Positions 48,777-57,376 are shown, counted from the stretch's first letter. The stretch is DNA of 64,000 bases from Eubacterium sp. CAG:180 (GCA_963628215.1 CAVGEJ010000002.1:4620-68619), one strand, 5' to 3'. Notes: generated from the letters alone by a model not told the origin. Numbers and translations are program-made.

Positions 48777-48805
48777 TTGCAAATTCTTACAAAATATGGT
48801 AAAAT
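48777..48805 (+). promoter_or_regulatory. sigma-A type promoter upstream of spo0A
   Basis: TTGCAA (48777-48782), 17 nt, TAAAAT (48800-48805) with TGg extended -10. Confidence 0.55.
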
Positions 48806-48851
48806 ATTACTGTACAGAAAATGACAACAAACCGATACGGAGGAAAAGAAT

Positions 48852-49634
48852 ATGGAGTACACAACAAAGCTGTTGATTGCCGACGAGAGCCCTGCAAGCC
48901 GCTCGAATCTGCGCGAGGGACTGGTTCGGATGGGATACAGGAACGTGGACGAAGCGGTGAACGGCGAGGAAGCGTTGCAGAAGATCAATCGGAATCGCCC
49001 CGACGTGGTGCTGATGGACGTCTGGCTGTCGAAGCTCGATGGCATCGGCGTTCTGCGAAGCTGCCGAAGCGCGGGCATCGGTAAAGACGGCACGCCGATC
49101 TTCATTATTGTATCGTCGGTGTCGAACCAGAACCTGTTCATTCAGGCAACCGAGGCGGGCGCGGAACTGTGCCTGCTGAAACCGGTCAACCTCAACAGCC
49201 TTTGCGAGCACATTCAGAGCATTCTGTCAAGACGAAGCCGCGAAGCTTCTGTGGCGGTCATGAAAGCCGAAGAGAAAACGCCCGACATTGAGTCGCAGGT
49301 AACGCAGATCATTCACCAAATCGGCGTTCCCGCGCACATCAAAGGGTATCAGTACCTGCGGACGGCAATTCTGCTGACGGTGCAGGACAGCGACATCATC
49401 AATTCGGTGACGAAGGTGCTTTACCCGTCGGTTGCAAAGAAGTACAGCACAACAACTAGCCGCGTGGAACGTGCAATCCGCCACGCGATTGAGGTTGCGT
49501 GGGATCGCGGCGACGTGGACACGCTGAACAGCTATTTCGGCTACACGATTCAGCAAGGCAGGGGCAAGCCGACCAACAGCGAGTTCATTGCGATGATTGC
49601 CGACAACCTCCGTTTGAAGTACAAATTGTTTTGA
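48852..49634 (+). CDS. spo0A: sporulation master regulator Spo0A
   Basis: Receiver domain plus Spo0A-specific C-domain blocks [28 protein letters not shown] and KPTNSEFIA. Confidence 0.96.
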   Translation: MEYTTKLLIADESPASRSNLREGLVRMGYRNVDEAVNGEEALQKINRNRPDVVLMDVWLSKLDGIGVLRSCRSAGIGKDGTPIFIIVSSVSNQNLFIQATEAGAELCLLKPVNLNSLCEHIQSILSRRSREASVAVMKAEEKTPDIESQVTQIIHQIGVPAHIKGYQYLRTAILLTVQDSDIINSVTKVLYPSVAKKYSTTTSRVERAIRHAIEVAWDRGDVDTLNSYFGYTIQQGRGKPTNSEFIAMIADNLRLKYKLF

Positions 49635-49639
49635 GGGTG

Positions 49640-49800
49640 AGGAAAAGACCTTGGAGGCGCAGGAGACCCTCTTTCGGAGAGGGTCCCCTACCCTCCAAGC
49701 CTCCCTGACCCTCCCAGAACTTTCCCCATGACCCCGCCATTTACAAAATAAAAATTTGATTCGCTTTGAATAATGGCGGGGTCATGGGGAAAGTTTTTGG
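49640..49800. repeat. hairpin cluster E after spo0A
   Basis: Nested hairpin CTTGGAGG (49650-49657) with CCTCCAAG (49692-49699) around GACCCTC/GAGGGTC. 21-bp perfect stem CTTTCCCCATGACCCCGCCAT (49720-49740) with ATGGCGGGGTCATGGGGAAAG (49773-49793) and a 32-nt AT-rich loop. Confidence 0.6.
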
Positions 49801-49909
49801 TCGTTTGGAAGGTACGGATTTTGAAAAAAAGTACGGCTATCGCGCTTTTTCGGGGAGCAGAAATTCGGACGGTGGCAAACAATCGTATTTTTGAAAGGTG
49901 GAGAAGAGC

Positions 49910-50152
49910 ATGCGAACAAAAGACGCGGTAGCGATCCGGATTCAACAGTTATGTGCGGAAAAAGGAATCGCGGTGCATGAGTTGGCAATGCTTTCGGGCG
50001 TTGCGCCGTCAACCGTTTACAGTATGCTGAACCGTAAAAGCCAAAATCCGGGAGTGGTATCGCTCAAAAAGCTATGCGACGAGCTTGGAATTACGATCCG
50101 CCAATTCTTTGATTGCGAACTGTTTGATGACACGGAGCAGGAAATCCAATAA
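49910..50152 (+). CDS. XRE-family helix-turn-helix transcriptional regulator
   Basis: 80 aa from the ATG at 49910 (GGTGGAG RBS). HTH LAMLSGVAPSTVYSML. Confidence 0.8.
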   Translation: MRTKDAVAIRIQQLCAEKGIAVHELAMLSGVAPSTVYSMLNRKSQNPGVVSLKKLCDELGITIRQFFDCELFDDTEQEIQ

Positions 50153-50162
50153 TACAAAATGC

Positions 50163-50201
50163 CCCGCGCCCGAACGGTTTCCGTTCGGGCGCGGGTGTTT
50201 T
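50163..50201. terminator. bidirectional intrinsic terminator between the XRE gene and the amidase-domain gene
   Basis: 15-bp stem CCCGCGCCCGAACGG/CCGTTCGGGCGCGGG with T-rich flanks on both strands. Confidence 0.75.
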
Positions 50202-50901
50202 ATGAGCCTTCCACAACATCGGGGCGGTCAAAATCCGATGGCGGCGCGGGCGTCGGTTCAGGCTCTGGCGTTGGCTCGGGTGTTGGTTCGGGCGTTGGTT
50301 CGGGCTCGGGTTCTTGCGGCAAATCCGGCGCGGGCGGGGTGGGAAGTTCCTCTCCGCCGCTGATGAGATAGTCAAAGCAATCGTCGTCGGTCACCTCAAA
50401 GCGAACGCCGAGGAAATGCAGGAAACGCGCGGTTGCGAAATTATAGGAGGAAAGCGGGCGGTCGAGCGCGTTGTCCGACTGCGCGCAGACGTAAATCTCC
50501 CCGTTTTCGATCTTGCTGATGATAACGGTATGATACCAGTCGCCCTCGTCGTTGGCGTACTGCACCGCGTCCCCTACCCTTGCCATTCTGCGCGGAACTT
50601 CTGCGGCATAAGGACCTACTCCGCCGTTGCGCGAGGCAAACTCGGGTGTCCCCATCATAAAGTCGTAAAAATACTCCACGCCGCTCCATGCGGGCGCGCG
50701 ATCCGCATCCGAAACATAGTACCACCCATAATCGGGGGTTCGGTTCATCACGCAACTGCCCGCCAGCACGCACTGGGAGACAAAATTCGTGCAGTTGCCG
50801 CCCCTTCCCGTGAAGTCCACAAACAGCGGATTGCGGTCAAGCGCCCAACGTCTCGCATACGCCACCGCGCGTTCCGCGTCATACGGCTTTGTCAATAACA
50901 T
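50200..50901 (-). CDS. putative amidase-domain protein (Amidase_6-like) with Pro/Glu/Thr-rich tail
   Basis: 233 aa. AVAYARRWALDRNPLFVDF and GGNCTNFVSQCVLAG. C-terminal PEPEPTPEPTPEPTPEPEPTP repeat. Confidence 0.75.
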   Translation of the reverse strand: MLLTKPYDAERAVAYARRWALDRNPLFVDFTGRGGNCTNFVSQCVLAGSCVMNRTPDYGWYYVSDADRAPAWSGVEYFYDFMMGTPEFASRNGGVGPYAAEVPRRMARVGDAVQYANDEGDWYHTVIISKIENGEIYVCAQSDNALDRPLSSYNFATARFLHFLGVRFEVTDDDCFDYLISGGEELPTPPAPDLPQEPEPEPTPEPTPEPTPEPEPTPAPPSDFDRPDVVEGS

Positions 50902-50959
50902 AACCTCTAAACTCTCTCCTTTCGACGCTTACTCCCCAACAGTATATGCGAAAGAGAGA

Positions 50960-50996
50960 AAACCGCCGCAGGATTTTTCCCGCGGCGGCTTTTTCG
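50960..50996 (-). terminator. intrinsic terminator after the 51002..52270 carboxypeptidase gene
   Basis: GCCGCCGC...GCGGCGG hairpin followed (on the minus strand) by TTTTCTCTCTTT. Confidence 0.6.
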
Positions 50997-51001
50997 TTTT
51001 T

Positions 51002-52270
51002 TCAGTTGATGTAATTGTCGTAGATCGTTTTTGCGTCCTTCATGACTTCCGCCCCGCCGCTTGTTTCTCCCGTCACGCAAATGTAGGTTTTGCTTTTATC
51101 TGCGGTCTGGGCAAAGCTGACAAGCGAATACACGTAATTCGAACCTGAGCCGAGCGTTCCGGTCTTTCCGCCGCCGAGCGACAGCGAAGCAAGCTTGAAC
51201 GTTCCGTACTTTTTCTCGTATGCGGCAATCCGTCCCGATCCGTTCACATTGAACAGCGTACTGTAAAAATGACTGTTATACGCCGGGACAAAATCTCCGT
51301 TCTTATTATAGCCAAACGCGCTGAAATCGCGCGACGGGGTGGAAAGAATCTGGCGGATCAGTTCGCATTGCAGGGCGCGCATCATGATTGCCGCCATGTC
51401 CGAAGCGGTTGAATAGTTGTTTTCGCTGTCATATCCGACCGGATTGTCAAAATGCGTGTTCTGCAATCCCATTTTCTCAACCTCGGCGTTCATCAGGTCA
51501 ACAAAAGCGGCTTCGTTCTCGGCTGGCGTAGCCTTTTTACAGATGTAGGAAGCCACCATCATCACGCAGTCCGCCGCCGAGACCACGCCGATCCCGTACA
51601 ACTGCTCCAACAGATCCGCGCCGTCTCCGACATCCGCCCAGTGTATCGTCAGACCGCGGTATTTCCCCGCACGGACATAGTTATGAATTTCTTCCGTGTT
51701 GGTCACGTCCTGCGTCAGATCGCCTGTTTTCAGATTTTCGCAAGCCACCAACAGGGTCATGACCTTTGTCATGGAAGCGGGAGAGAAACGCTTGTCCGCG
51801 TCCTTCCCTGCGAGGATTTCTCCTGTTTCCGCGTCGATCAGAACCGCATAACCTGAACTGATTTCACCGATACTCTTTGTGTTCGAACCGCTCTTCGGCA
51901 AAACAGCCGCGCCGGGGGTGAACAGAATTGCGCCCGGGTCGGACGGGGTCGGCTCGGTTGTCCCCGCGTTCGTCCCGTCCGGCTTGGCGTTTCCGTGCGA
52001 CGGCAACGCCGTCCGAACGGTCATCACCGCCACCAACAGGCAGACCAACAGCGCAACCGCCGCAACGGTTACGGAAAATACAACGGTCGCAATTCCCGCG
52101 CGCCGCTCTTCCTCCGCCAACGATTCGGGGCGGCGGCGCAGCTGCGGCTCTTCGGGAATATCGTCGACCCGCCCCATATAGATCGACTGCCTGTCCTGCG
52201 GCGGCGCGTTCCCCGTGCGCGGCTTGGTATTCCGGTCGCGCTCCGGAGTCATCGGATTTTTTTGGTTCAT
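51002..52270 (-). CDS. serine-type D-Ala-D-Ala carboxypeptidase (S11) with Pro-rich cytoplasmic N-terminus and TM anchor
   Basis: 422 aa. SxxK (SPASMTK), S11 body, GGKTGT (KTG). Confidence 0.85.
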   Translation of the reverse strand: MNQKNPMTPERDRNTKPRTGNAPPQDRQSIYMGRVDDIPEEPQLRRRPESLAEEERRAGIATVVFSVTVAAVALLVCLLVAVMTVRTALPSHGNAKPDGTNAGTTEPTPSDPGAILFTPGAAVLPKSGSNTKSIGEISSGYAVLIDAETGEILAGKDADKRFSPASMTKVMTLLVACENLKTGDLTQDVTNTEEIHNYVRAGKYRGLTIHWADVGDGADLLEQLYGIGVVSAADCVMMVASYICKKATPAENEAAFVDLMNAEVEKMGLQNTHFDNPVGYDSENNYSTASDMAAIMMRALQCELIRQILSTPSRDFSAFGYNKNGDFVPAYNSHFYSTLFNVNGSGRIAAYEKKYGTFKLASLSLGGGKTGTLGSGSNYVYSLVSFAQTADKSKTYICVTGETSGGAEVMKDAKTIYDNYIN

Positions 52271-52386
52271 GGACTTCCTCCGTGAAAAAATGCTCTACCT
52301 ATATTTTACCGCAAAAACCGCTTCCTGTCAACCGCTTTTCACGAAATTCTCCCACAAAAATTTTTTCGGAAATTTTCAAAAAGTTA

Positions 52387-52415
52387 TTGACATATGACGG
52401 AAACCGTGCTATAAT
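52387..52415 (+). promoter_or_regulatory. consensus sigma-A promoter for the DUF134-rubrerythrin unit
   Basis: TTGACA (52387-52392), 17 nt, TATAAT (52410-52415) with TGc extended -10. Confidence 0.7.
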
Positions 52416-52448
52416 AAAAGCGTCAAAGGAAAGGAGGCAGAACAGACA

Positions 52449-52868
52449 ATGGCAAGACCGAAAAAGGAACGCGTCATCTGCGCCCTGCCCTGCTTCCGCG
52501 ACTTCTCACCGACCGAACAGGCGGAAGCCGACGCGCAGGTGATGTGCTTTGACGAATACGAAGTCATCCGTCTGCACGATCTGGAGCACTTCTCGCAGGA
52601 GGAGACGGCAAGACAAATGCTGATCTCCCGCCCCACCGTTACCGAACTGCTTGCCTCGGCGCACGAAAAGCTTGCGCGGATGTTGGTAAACGGCAACCGG
52701 TTGGAGTTGCGCGGAAGCAGTTGCGTGGTTTGTGAGATCGGAAAAAACTGTCCCAAATCAGCCGGGAACGACTGCCCCACCAAGCATTGCTGCCGTGCGG
52801 AATGTCGGAAGCGCTGTCAAAATCAAAAACAAAAAGAATCTGAAAGTAGAAAGGAAACACTGTCATGA
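52449..52868 (+). CDS. DUF134 (UPF0251) DNA-binding protein with Cys-rich C-terminus
   Basis: [21 protein letters not shown] and sigma-70 region-4-like HTH ([24 protein letters not shown]). Eight Cys in the last ~35 structured residues. Confidence 0.8.
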   Translation: MARPKKERVICALPCFRDFSPTEQAEADAQVMCFDEYEVIRLHDLEHFSQEETARQMLISRPTVTELLASAHEKLARMLVNGNRLELRGSSCVVCEIGKNCPKSAGNDCPTKHCCRAECRKRCQNQKQKESESRKETLS

Positions 52869-53413
52869 AAAAATGGAGATGCACAATTTGCGGAGAAATC
52901 GTTGAATCCGAAACCAGACCCGAGAGCTGCCCGCTCTGCCATGCGTCGGGCGATAAGTTCGAAGAAGTTGTGGAAGAGGGCGTGACTTGGGCTACCGAAC
53001 ACGTTGTGGGCATTGCAAAGGACGCGCCCGCAGAAATCGTTGAGGGTCTGCGCGCAAACTTCCAGGGCGAGTGCACCGAAGTTGGTATGTACCTTGCCAT
53101 GTCCCGCGTTGCGGCAAGAGAGGGCTACCCCGAGATCGCGCATTACTGGAAGGAAGCCGCACTGGAAGAGGCGGAGCACGCGGCAAAGTTTGCGGAACTG
53201 CTCGGCGAATGCGTCAGTGATTCCACCGAAAAGAATCTGTCCGTCCGCGTTGCGGCAGAGAACGGCGCAACCGCCGGCAAGTTTGAACTTGCAAAGATGG
53301 CGAAGGCGGCAAATCTGGACGCGATCCACGACACCGTGCATGAAATGGCAAAGGACGAGGCGCGCCACGGCAGAGCGTTTGCGGGTCTGCTGAAGCGCTA
53401 TTTCGGAAAATAA
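52865..53413 (+). CDS. reverse rubrerythrin (N-terminal rubredoxin-like domain plus ferritin-like di-iron domain)
   Basis: CTICG...CPLC at the N-terminus, then ExxH pairs ([18 protein letters not shown]). ATGA overlap with the DUF134 gene. Confidence 0.88.
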   Translation: MKKWRCTICGEIVESETRPESCPLCHASGDKFEEVVEEGVTWATEHVVGIAKDAPAEIVEGLRANFQGECTEVGMYLAMSRVAAREGYPEIAHYWKEAALEEAEHAAKFAELLGECVSDSTEKNLSVRVAAENGATAGKFELAKMAKAANLDAIHDTVHEMAKDEARHGRAFAGLLKRYFGK

Positions 53414-53428
53414 GGAAACAAAGGAAAA

Positions 53429-53452
53429 GTGGGGGCAATCCCCCGCTTTTTC
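53429..53452 (+). terminator. intrinsic terminator after the rubrerythrin gene
   Basis: GTGGGGG-CAAT-CCCCCGC followed by TTTTTC. Confidence 0.7.
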
Positions 53453-53484
53453 TGCTTTTCGGGCAAGAAAATTCCACAAAACGG

Positions 53485-53513
53485 TTGACAAAACGCAAAA
53501 ATTGTGCTACAAT
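53485..53513 (+). promoter_or_regulatory. sigma-A type promoter for the DUF1508 gene
   Basis: TTGACA (53485-53490), 17 nt, TACAAT (53508-53513) with TGc extended -10. Confidence 0.65.
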
Positions 53514-53547
53514 TAAAGCAGAATGTTTATTGCATGGAGGGTGTATT

Positions 53548-54840
53548 ATGGGATTGTTCAAGCTGTTCAGAAAAGACAAGAAAAAGAATGAGCAGGCATC
53601 GTCTGCCGAGCCGGTAACACCGGAGGTCAAGAAGGAAGAGCCTGTCGCCCAACCGCCCGAGGCAGTTGCCGAAGCACCGAAAACCGCTCCTGCCGTATCC
53701 GCGACGGTAGCGGAAAAGGCGTCCGAAAAAGCGCCCGAAAAGGCGGCTAAAAAGCCTGCGACGAAGCCTGCCGCAAAGAAGCCGACCGCCGCAAAACCCG
53801 CCGCAAAAGCGCCTGCCAAGTCGACCTCTGCGGAAACTATCGTTCCGAAGAAGCCGACCGCCGCGCCTGCAACTGCAGCAAAGAAAACGACTGCCGCGCC
53901 CAAAACGACCGCCGCAAAGCCTGCCGCTTCCAAAGCGCCCGCCGCAGTCCGTACATCGTCTACCCCTGTCCGTCAGGTCGGTCGCCCCTTCTTTGTGACC
54001 ACCGAAGAGGACATCCGCATCGCGTTTGACGAAGCCATTGCCGCCGCAGAAGCCGAGATCGCCGCAAACGGCGCAAAGGCTGTCGGTAAATACGAGTTCA
54101 ATCTGGAAGTTGACGGCTATCACTTCTATCTGATTGCCAACAACGGGCAGGTTCTGTTCGACAGCCCCAGTTTTACCACCCTGCTCGGCGCGCTCAACGG
54201 CATCAAGACCTTCAAGAAAATGGTTGCGAACACCGAATTCGCCATCAAAAAGGACAAATACGGTCGTTTCCGCTTCATCCTTGCCAACAAGTACTACGGC
54301 GAGAACTACAGCACCAAGGATCAGTGTCTGAAATGCGCGGAATCGGTCAAGAACTTTGCAAACAACTCCCGCATCACGCGCTATAAGCCCGACAGCGAGT
54401 CCATCGCCGCGTTTGAAGCCGCCAAGAGCACCAAGCGCACACCGGACAACCTGAACTGGGAACAGATTGCCAAGGCGGAAGCCGCCGCAGTCAAAATGGG
54501 CAAATTCGAAATCGTCAAGGAAGAGGACGGCGAATACAGCTTCTACCTTCTTGCCAACAACGGGCAGATTCTCTACTCCAGCCGCTACTATGCAAGCGAG
54601 GTTGCCTGCCGCAAGGGTGTGGAATCCTTCAAGCGCGCCGCTTATGTCGGAAACTTCTTTGTTGACCGCGATAAGTTCGGCAACTATCGGTATGTATTGA
54701 AGAACATCGGCTCTGCGCCGAGCTTCATCGGGGAATCCTATGACAACAAGCCCCAATGCGAAAAGGTCATCGACTCCGTCAAGAACTTCATCGTCACCGC
54801 GACGATTGAGGTTGAGGGCGCCGATACCGCTGAAAACTGA
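53548..54840 (+). CDS. K/A/P-rich (histone H1-like) N-terminal tail fused to four DUF1508 (YegP) repeats
   Basis: ATG at 53548 after GGAGGG. About 130 aa of AKKPA/AAKP repeats, then four units of the F..DG.Y.F.L.A.NGQ.L..S..Y.....C..G..S.K type. Confidence 0.8.
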   Translation: MGLFKLFRKDKKKNEQASSAEPVTPEVKKEEPVAQPPEAVAEAPKTAPAVSATVAEKASEKAPEKAAKKPATKPAAKKPTAAKPAAKAPAKSTSAETIVPKKPTAAPATAAKKTTAAPKTTAAKPAASKAPAAVRTSSTPVRQVGRPFFVTTEEDIRIAFDEAIAAAEAEIAANGAKAVGKYEFNLEVDGYHFYLIANNGQVLFDSPSFTTLLGALNGIKTFKKMVANTEFAIKKDKYGRFRFILANKYYGENYSTKDQCLKCAESVKNFANNSRITRYKPDSESIAAFEAAKSTKRTPDNLNWEQIAKAEAAAVKMGKFEIVKEEDGEYSFYLLANNGQILYSSRYYASEVACRKGVESFKRAAYVGNFFVDRDKFGNYRYVLKNIGSAPSFIGESYDNKPQCEKVIDSVKNFIVTATIEVEGADTAEN

Positions 54841-54855
54841 TTTCTTCTCCTTTCT

Positions 54856-54887
54856 CCCCGTTGCCGTTTGGCAGCGGGGCTTTTTTC
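54856..54887 (+). terminator. intrinsic terminator after the DUF1508 gene
   Basis: CCCCGTTGCC-GTTT-GGCAGCGGGG followed by CTTTTTT. Confidence 0.75.
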
Positions 54888-54962
54888 GACGTATTCACAT
54901 CTTTTCCGACGTCGAATACACTGGTATCAGCGGCAAGAACCGCAAGAGGAAAGGAAAACGGT

Positions 54963-55220
54963 ATGAACAGAGGTTATCTGAACAACACCTACCGGGCGGG
55001 CTACCGAGCGCCCGTCGGTCAGGCAATTCCAACCATGTCGGGCGGCGCATCCTGTCCGTGCAGGAAACCCGAACCCGACAAAACGCTGTCCCCCGCGTTG
55101 GCAATCGCGTATGTACCGAGCCAACGCTTTGAAAATCTGTATGCGGCGGGAGAGGCGCTGCGGCACGGCACGCTGTTTGCCGACCTCGATCTCCCCTACT
55201 GCGCGGGAGGCGGAAGATGA
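54963..55220 (+). CDS. cotJA: spore coat-associated protein CotJA
   Basis: ATG at 54963. LAIAYVPSQRFENLY..ALRHGTLFADLDLPY matches the CotJA family pattern. Confidence 0.8.
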   Translation: MNRGYLNNTYRAGYRAPVGQAIPTMSGGASCPCRKPEPDKTLSPALAIAYVPSQRFENLYAAGEALRHGTLFADLDLPYCAGGGR

Positions 55221-55501
55221 TGGGCAATCTGTACAACGCGGGCAACCGCGACGAACGCTCCGCACTGTTCGGGCAAATCGGAGAGGTCAGCTTCGTAATG
55301 GATGAACTTCGCCTCTTTCTTGACACGCACCCCGACTGTCGGGAAGCGCTTGCAATGTACGAAACGAACCGCGCACGGCGGCGGGAACTGATCGACAGCT
55401 ATACGGCAAAATACGGTCCGATTGAAGCATACAGCGCGGGCGGCGAAACCGAGTGGAACTGGACCGACGCGCCGATGCCGTGGGAAAGCGAGGCAAACTG
55501 A
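55217..55501 (+). CDS. cotJB: spore coat protein CotJB
   Basis: 94 aa. SFVMDELRLFLDTHPDCREALAMYE and YGPI motifs. 4-nt overlap with cotJA. Confidence 0.88.
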   Translation: MMGNLYNAGNRDERSALFGQIGEVSFVMDELRLFLDTHPDCREALAMYETNRARRRELIDSYTAKYGPIEAYSAGGETEWNWTDAPMPWESEAN

Positions 55502-55752
55502 TGTGGGAATATGAAAAGAGACTGCAATTTCCGGTTAAAATCAAAAACCCGGACGCGCGGGCGGCAAAGATCATCATCAGCCAGTACGGCGGTCCGGACG
55601 GCGAGTTGGGCGCGTCACTGCGCTATCTCTCCCAACGGTTTGCCATGCCCTACAACCGCGTTGCGGGGTTTCTGACCGATATCGGCACGGAGGTCTCAAC
55701 AATGCCGCAATCGGCGACTTCTGCGGTCTCGGATGCCTTTGCAATGGCATAA
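55501..55752 (+). pseudogene. cotJC: cotJC 5' fragment (codons 1-64 authentic, then read-through into inserted DNA)
   Basis: MWEYEKRLQFPVKIK...QYGGPDGELGASLRYLSQRF...FLTDIGTE aligns with the CotJC N-terminus. The conserved E-x-x-A-H-x-E helix that should follow is replaced by unrelated sequence from about 55693. Confidence 0.85.
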
Positions 55753-57335
55753 CTCCACTTCTCCGGAAGAAATTTCAGGTAGACATCCACATGGTTTCGG
55801 TCATGAATGACCATTTTGTCAAGCAACTGCCGGTAAAACGCGTCCTCATATTCAACGCCGTCTATCAGTTCCTCTACCGCCCGACGAATCTCCGCCGCAA
55901 GTTCCCGTTGCTTTTCCGCAAGTTCCCGCTGCTTTTCAAGACTTTCGGATCTCGCCTGCAATTCCGCAATTTCCGCGTCATATTTTGCCCGAAGTGCGGC
56001 AAACTCCTCCCGACTGATGTCACCGCCTGTATACAACTCAATCAACCCGATGCGCTTTTTCTGAAGAGCATCGCTTTTTTCTGCAATCCCTGCGGCATCC
56101 GGACCGGACCGCTCCGCAGAAATGACCGACAGGACCTGATTCGTGAGATTTTCCGCAATCCTATGGCGGTCAATCTTCAGTTGCCGGCATACGAGGTACA
56201 TCAGATGCACCGCGTCATCATTCCGGATGCTGACACCGGAACAGCCAACGGAATTCCCTGCCCGATCGGTGTGTGGACTGCCGTTTCTTGCCCCCTCCAG
56301 ACACCGCCATGCTTTGTAGATACTGCCGTCCTTTCGGGTTTTGTACCGTGCCACATAACTCGAACCGCAGATTCCGCATTTCAATTTTCCGGAAAAAAGA
56401 TAGCGGTTGCTGTGTTTCGCCTTTCCCTGCGGAGACAGCGCCTTTGCCCTCAGAATCCGATTGGCGCGTTCGTATAACTCACGGGAAATGATAGGCTCAT
56501 GGTGGTCCCGAACGATAACAAACTCCTCCTGCCCATGATTGTACTTTTTTTCGTGAGAAAGGAAATCCGGCGTGTAGGTCTTTTTCTGGACCAAATCCCC
56601 GCAATATTTCTCATTTCGGATGACCCGAAGAATCACGGTATTGCTCCACTCCTTGATTCGCATCGGAAGAATCCCCTCTTCGCGCAGTTCCCTTGCAATG
56701 ACGTGCGTCCCTTTCCCCTCGTCAACGAATTTATGGTAAATCAGGCGAACCGTCTTGGCGCCCTCCTCATTCACCGTCATCTTTCCGTCTTTCACGTCGT
56801 ACCCCAGCATACTCCGACCGAATACAACGCCCTGCTCCATCTGCCGCTTCTGCCCCCATTTCACGCGTTCCGAGGTCTTTCGGCTCTCCTCCTGTGCAAT
56901 GGACGACATAATGGCAAGCCGAAGTTCGGCATCTCCATCCAGCGTGTTGATGTTATCATTCATGAAAATCACGCCAACGCCATGCTTTTTCAAATCCCGC
57001 GTGTAGAAGATGCTGTCAAGCGTATTCCGCGCAAAGCGGGAGATTTCCTTGGTCACAATCAAATCAAAATCTCCGTTCTTGGCACATTCAATCATGCGGT
57101 TGAACTCTTTTCGCTTTTTCGTGTTGGTTCCGGAAATGCCCTCATCCGCAAACACTTCAAACAGTTCCCAGTCCGGATGCCGCTCGATATACTGTCGGAA
57201 ATACCGTTGCTGATTTTCAAACGAGTTCGCCTGATCCTCATGGTCGGTGGAAACGCGGCAGTAGGCGGCAACGCGCAGTTTGTTTTTCGGAATCTTTCGT
57301 TCCTGATTGAGTCGTTCATAATCTGATACAGGCAT
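55650..57335 (-). CDS. large serine recombinase
   Basis: 561 aa. Resolvase catalytic domain (AAYCRVSTDHEDQ, VTKEISRFARN), recombinase domain, zinc ribbon (KCGICGSSY...WRC), coiled coil. The 3' end crosses into antisense cotJC. Confidence 0.93.
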   Translation of the reverse strand: MPVSDYERLNQERKIPKNKLRVAAYCRVSTDHEDQANSFENQQRYFRQYIERHPDWELFEVFADEGISGTNTKKRKEFNRMIECAKNGDFDLIVTKEISRFARNTLDSIFYTRDLKKHGVGVIFMNDNINTLDGDAELRLAIMSSIAQEESRKTSERVKWGQKRQMEQGVVFGRSMLGYDVKDGKMTVNEEGAKTVRLIYHKFVDEGKGTHVIARELREEGILPMRIKEWSNTVILRVIRNEKYCGDLVQKKTYTPDFLSHEKKYNHGQEEFVIVRDHHEPIISRELYERANRILRAKALSPQGKAKHSNRYLFSGKLKCGICGSSYVARYKTRKDGSIYKAWRCLEGARNGSPHTDRAGNSVGCSGVSIRNDDAVHLMYLVCRQLKIDRHRIAENLTNQVLSVISAERSGPDAAGIAEKSDALQKKRIGLIELYTGGDISREEFAALRAKYDAEIAELQARSESLEKQRELAEKQRELAAEIRRAVEELIDGVEYEDAFYRQLLDKMVIHDRNHVDVYLKFLPEKWSYAIAKASETAEVADCGIVETSVPISVRNPATRL

Positions 57336-57376
57336 ATTGGATTCTCCTTTCCCGGCAGTCCGTTTGCCGTACTGTC

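Noticed and set aside
54888-54962. Sigma-E/sigma-K type promoter for cotJ (GTATTC ... GAATACACT)
   Set aside because: The -10-like ATACA-T element is present. The spacing to the only -35-like ATT is about 20 nt, too long for the Bacillus sigma-E consensus, so I cannot support a call.
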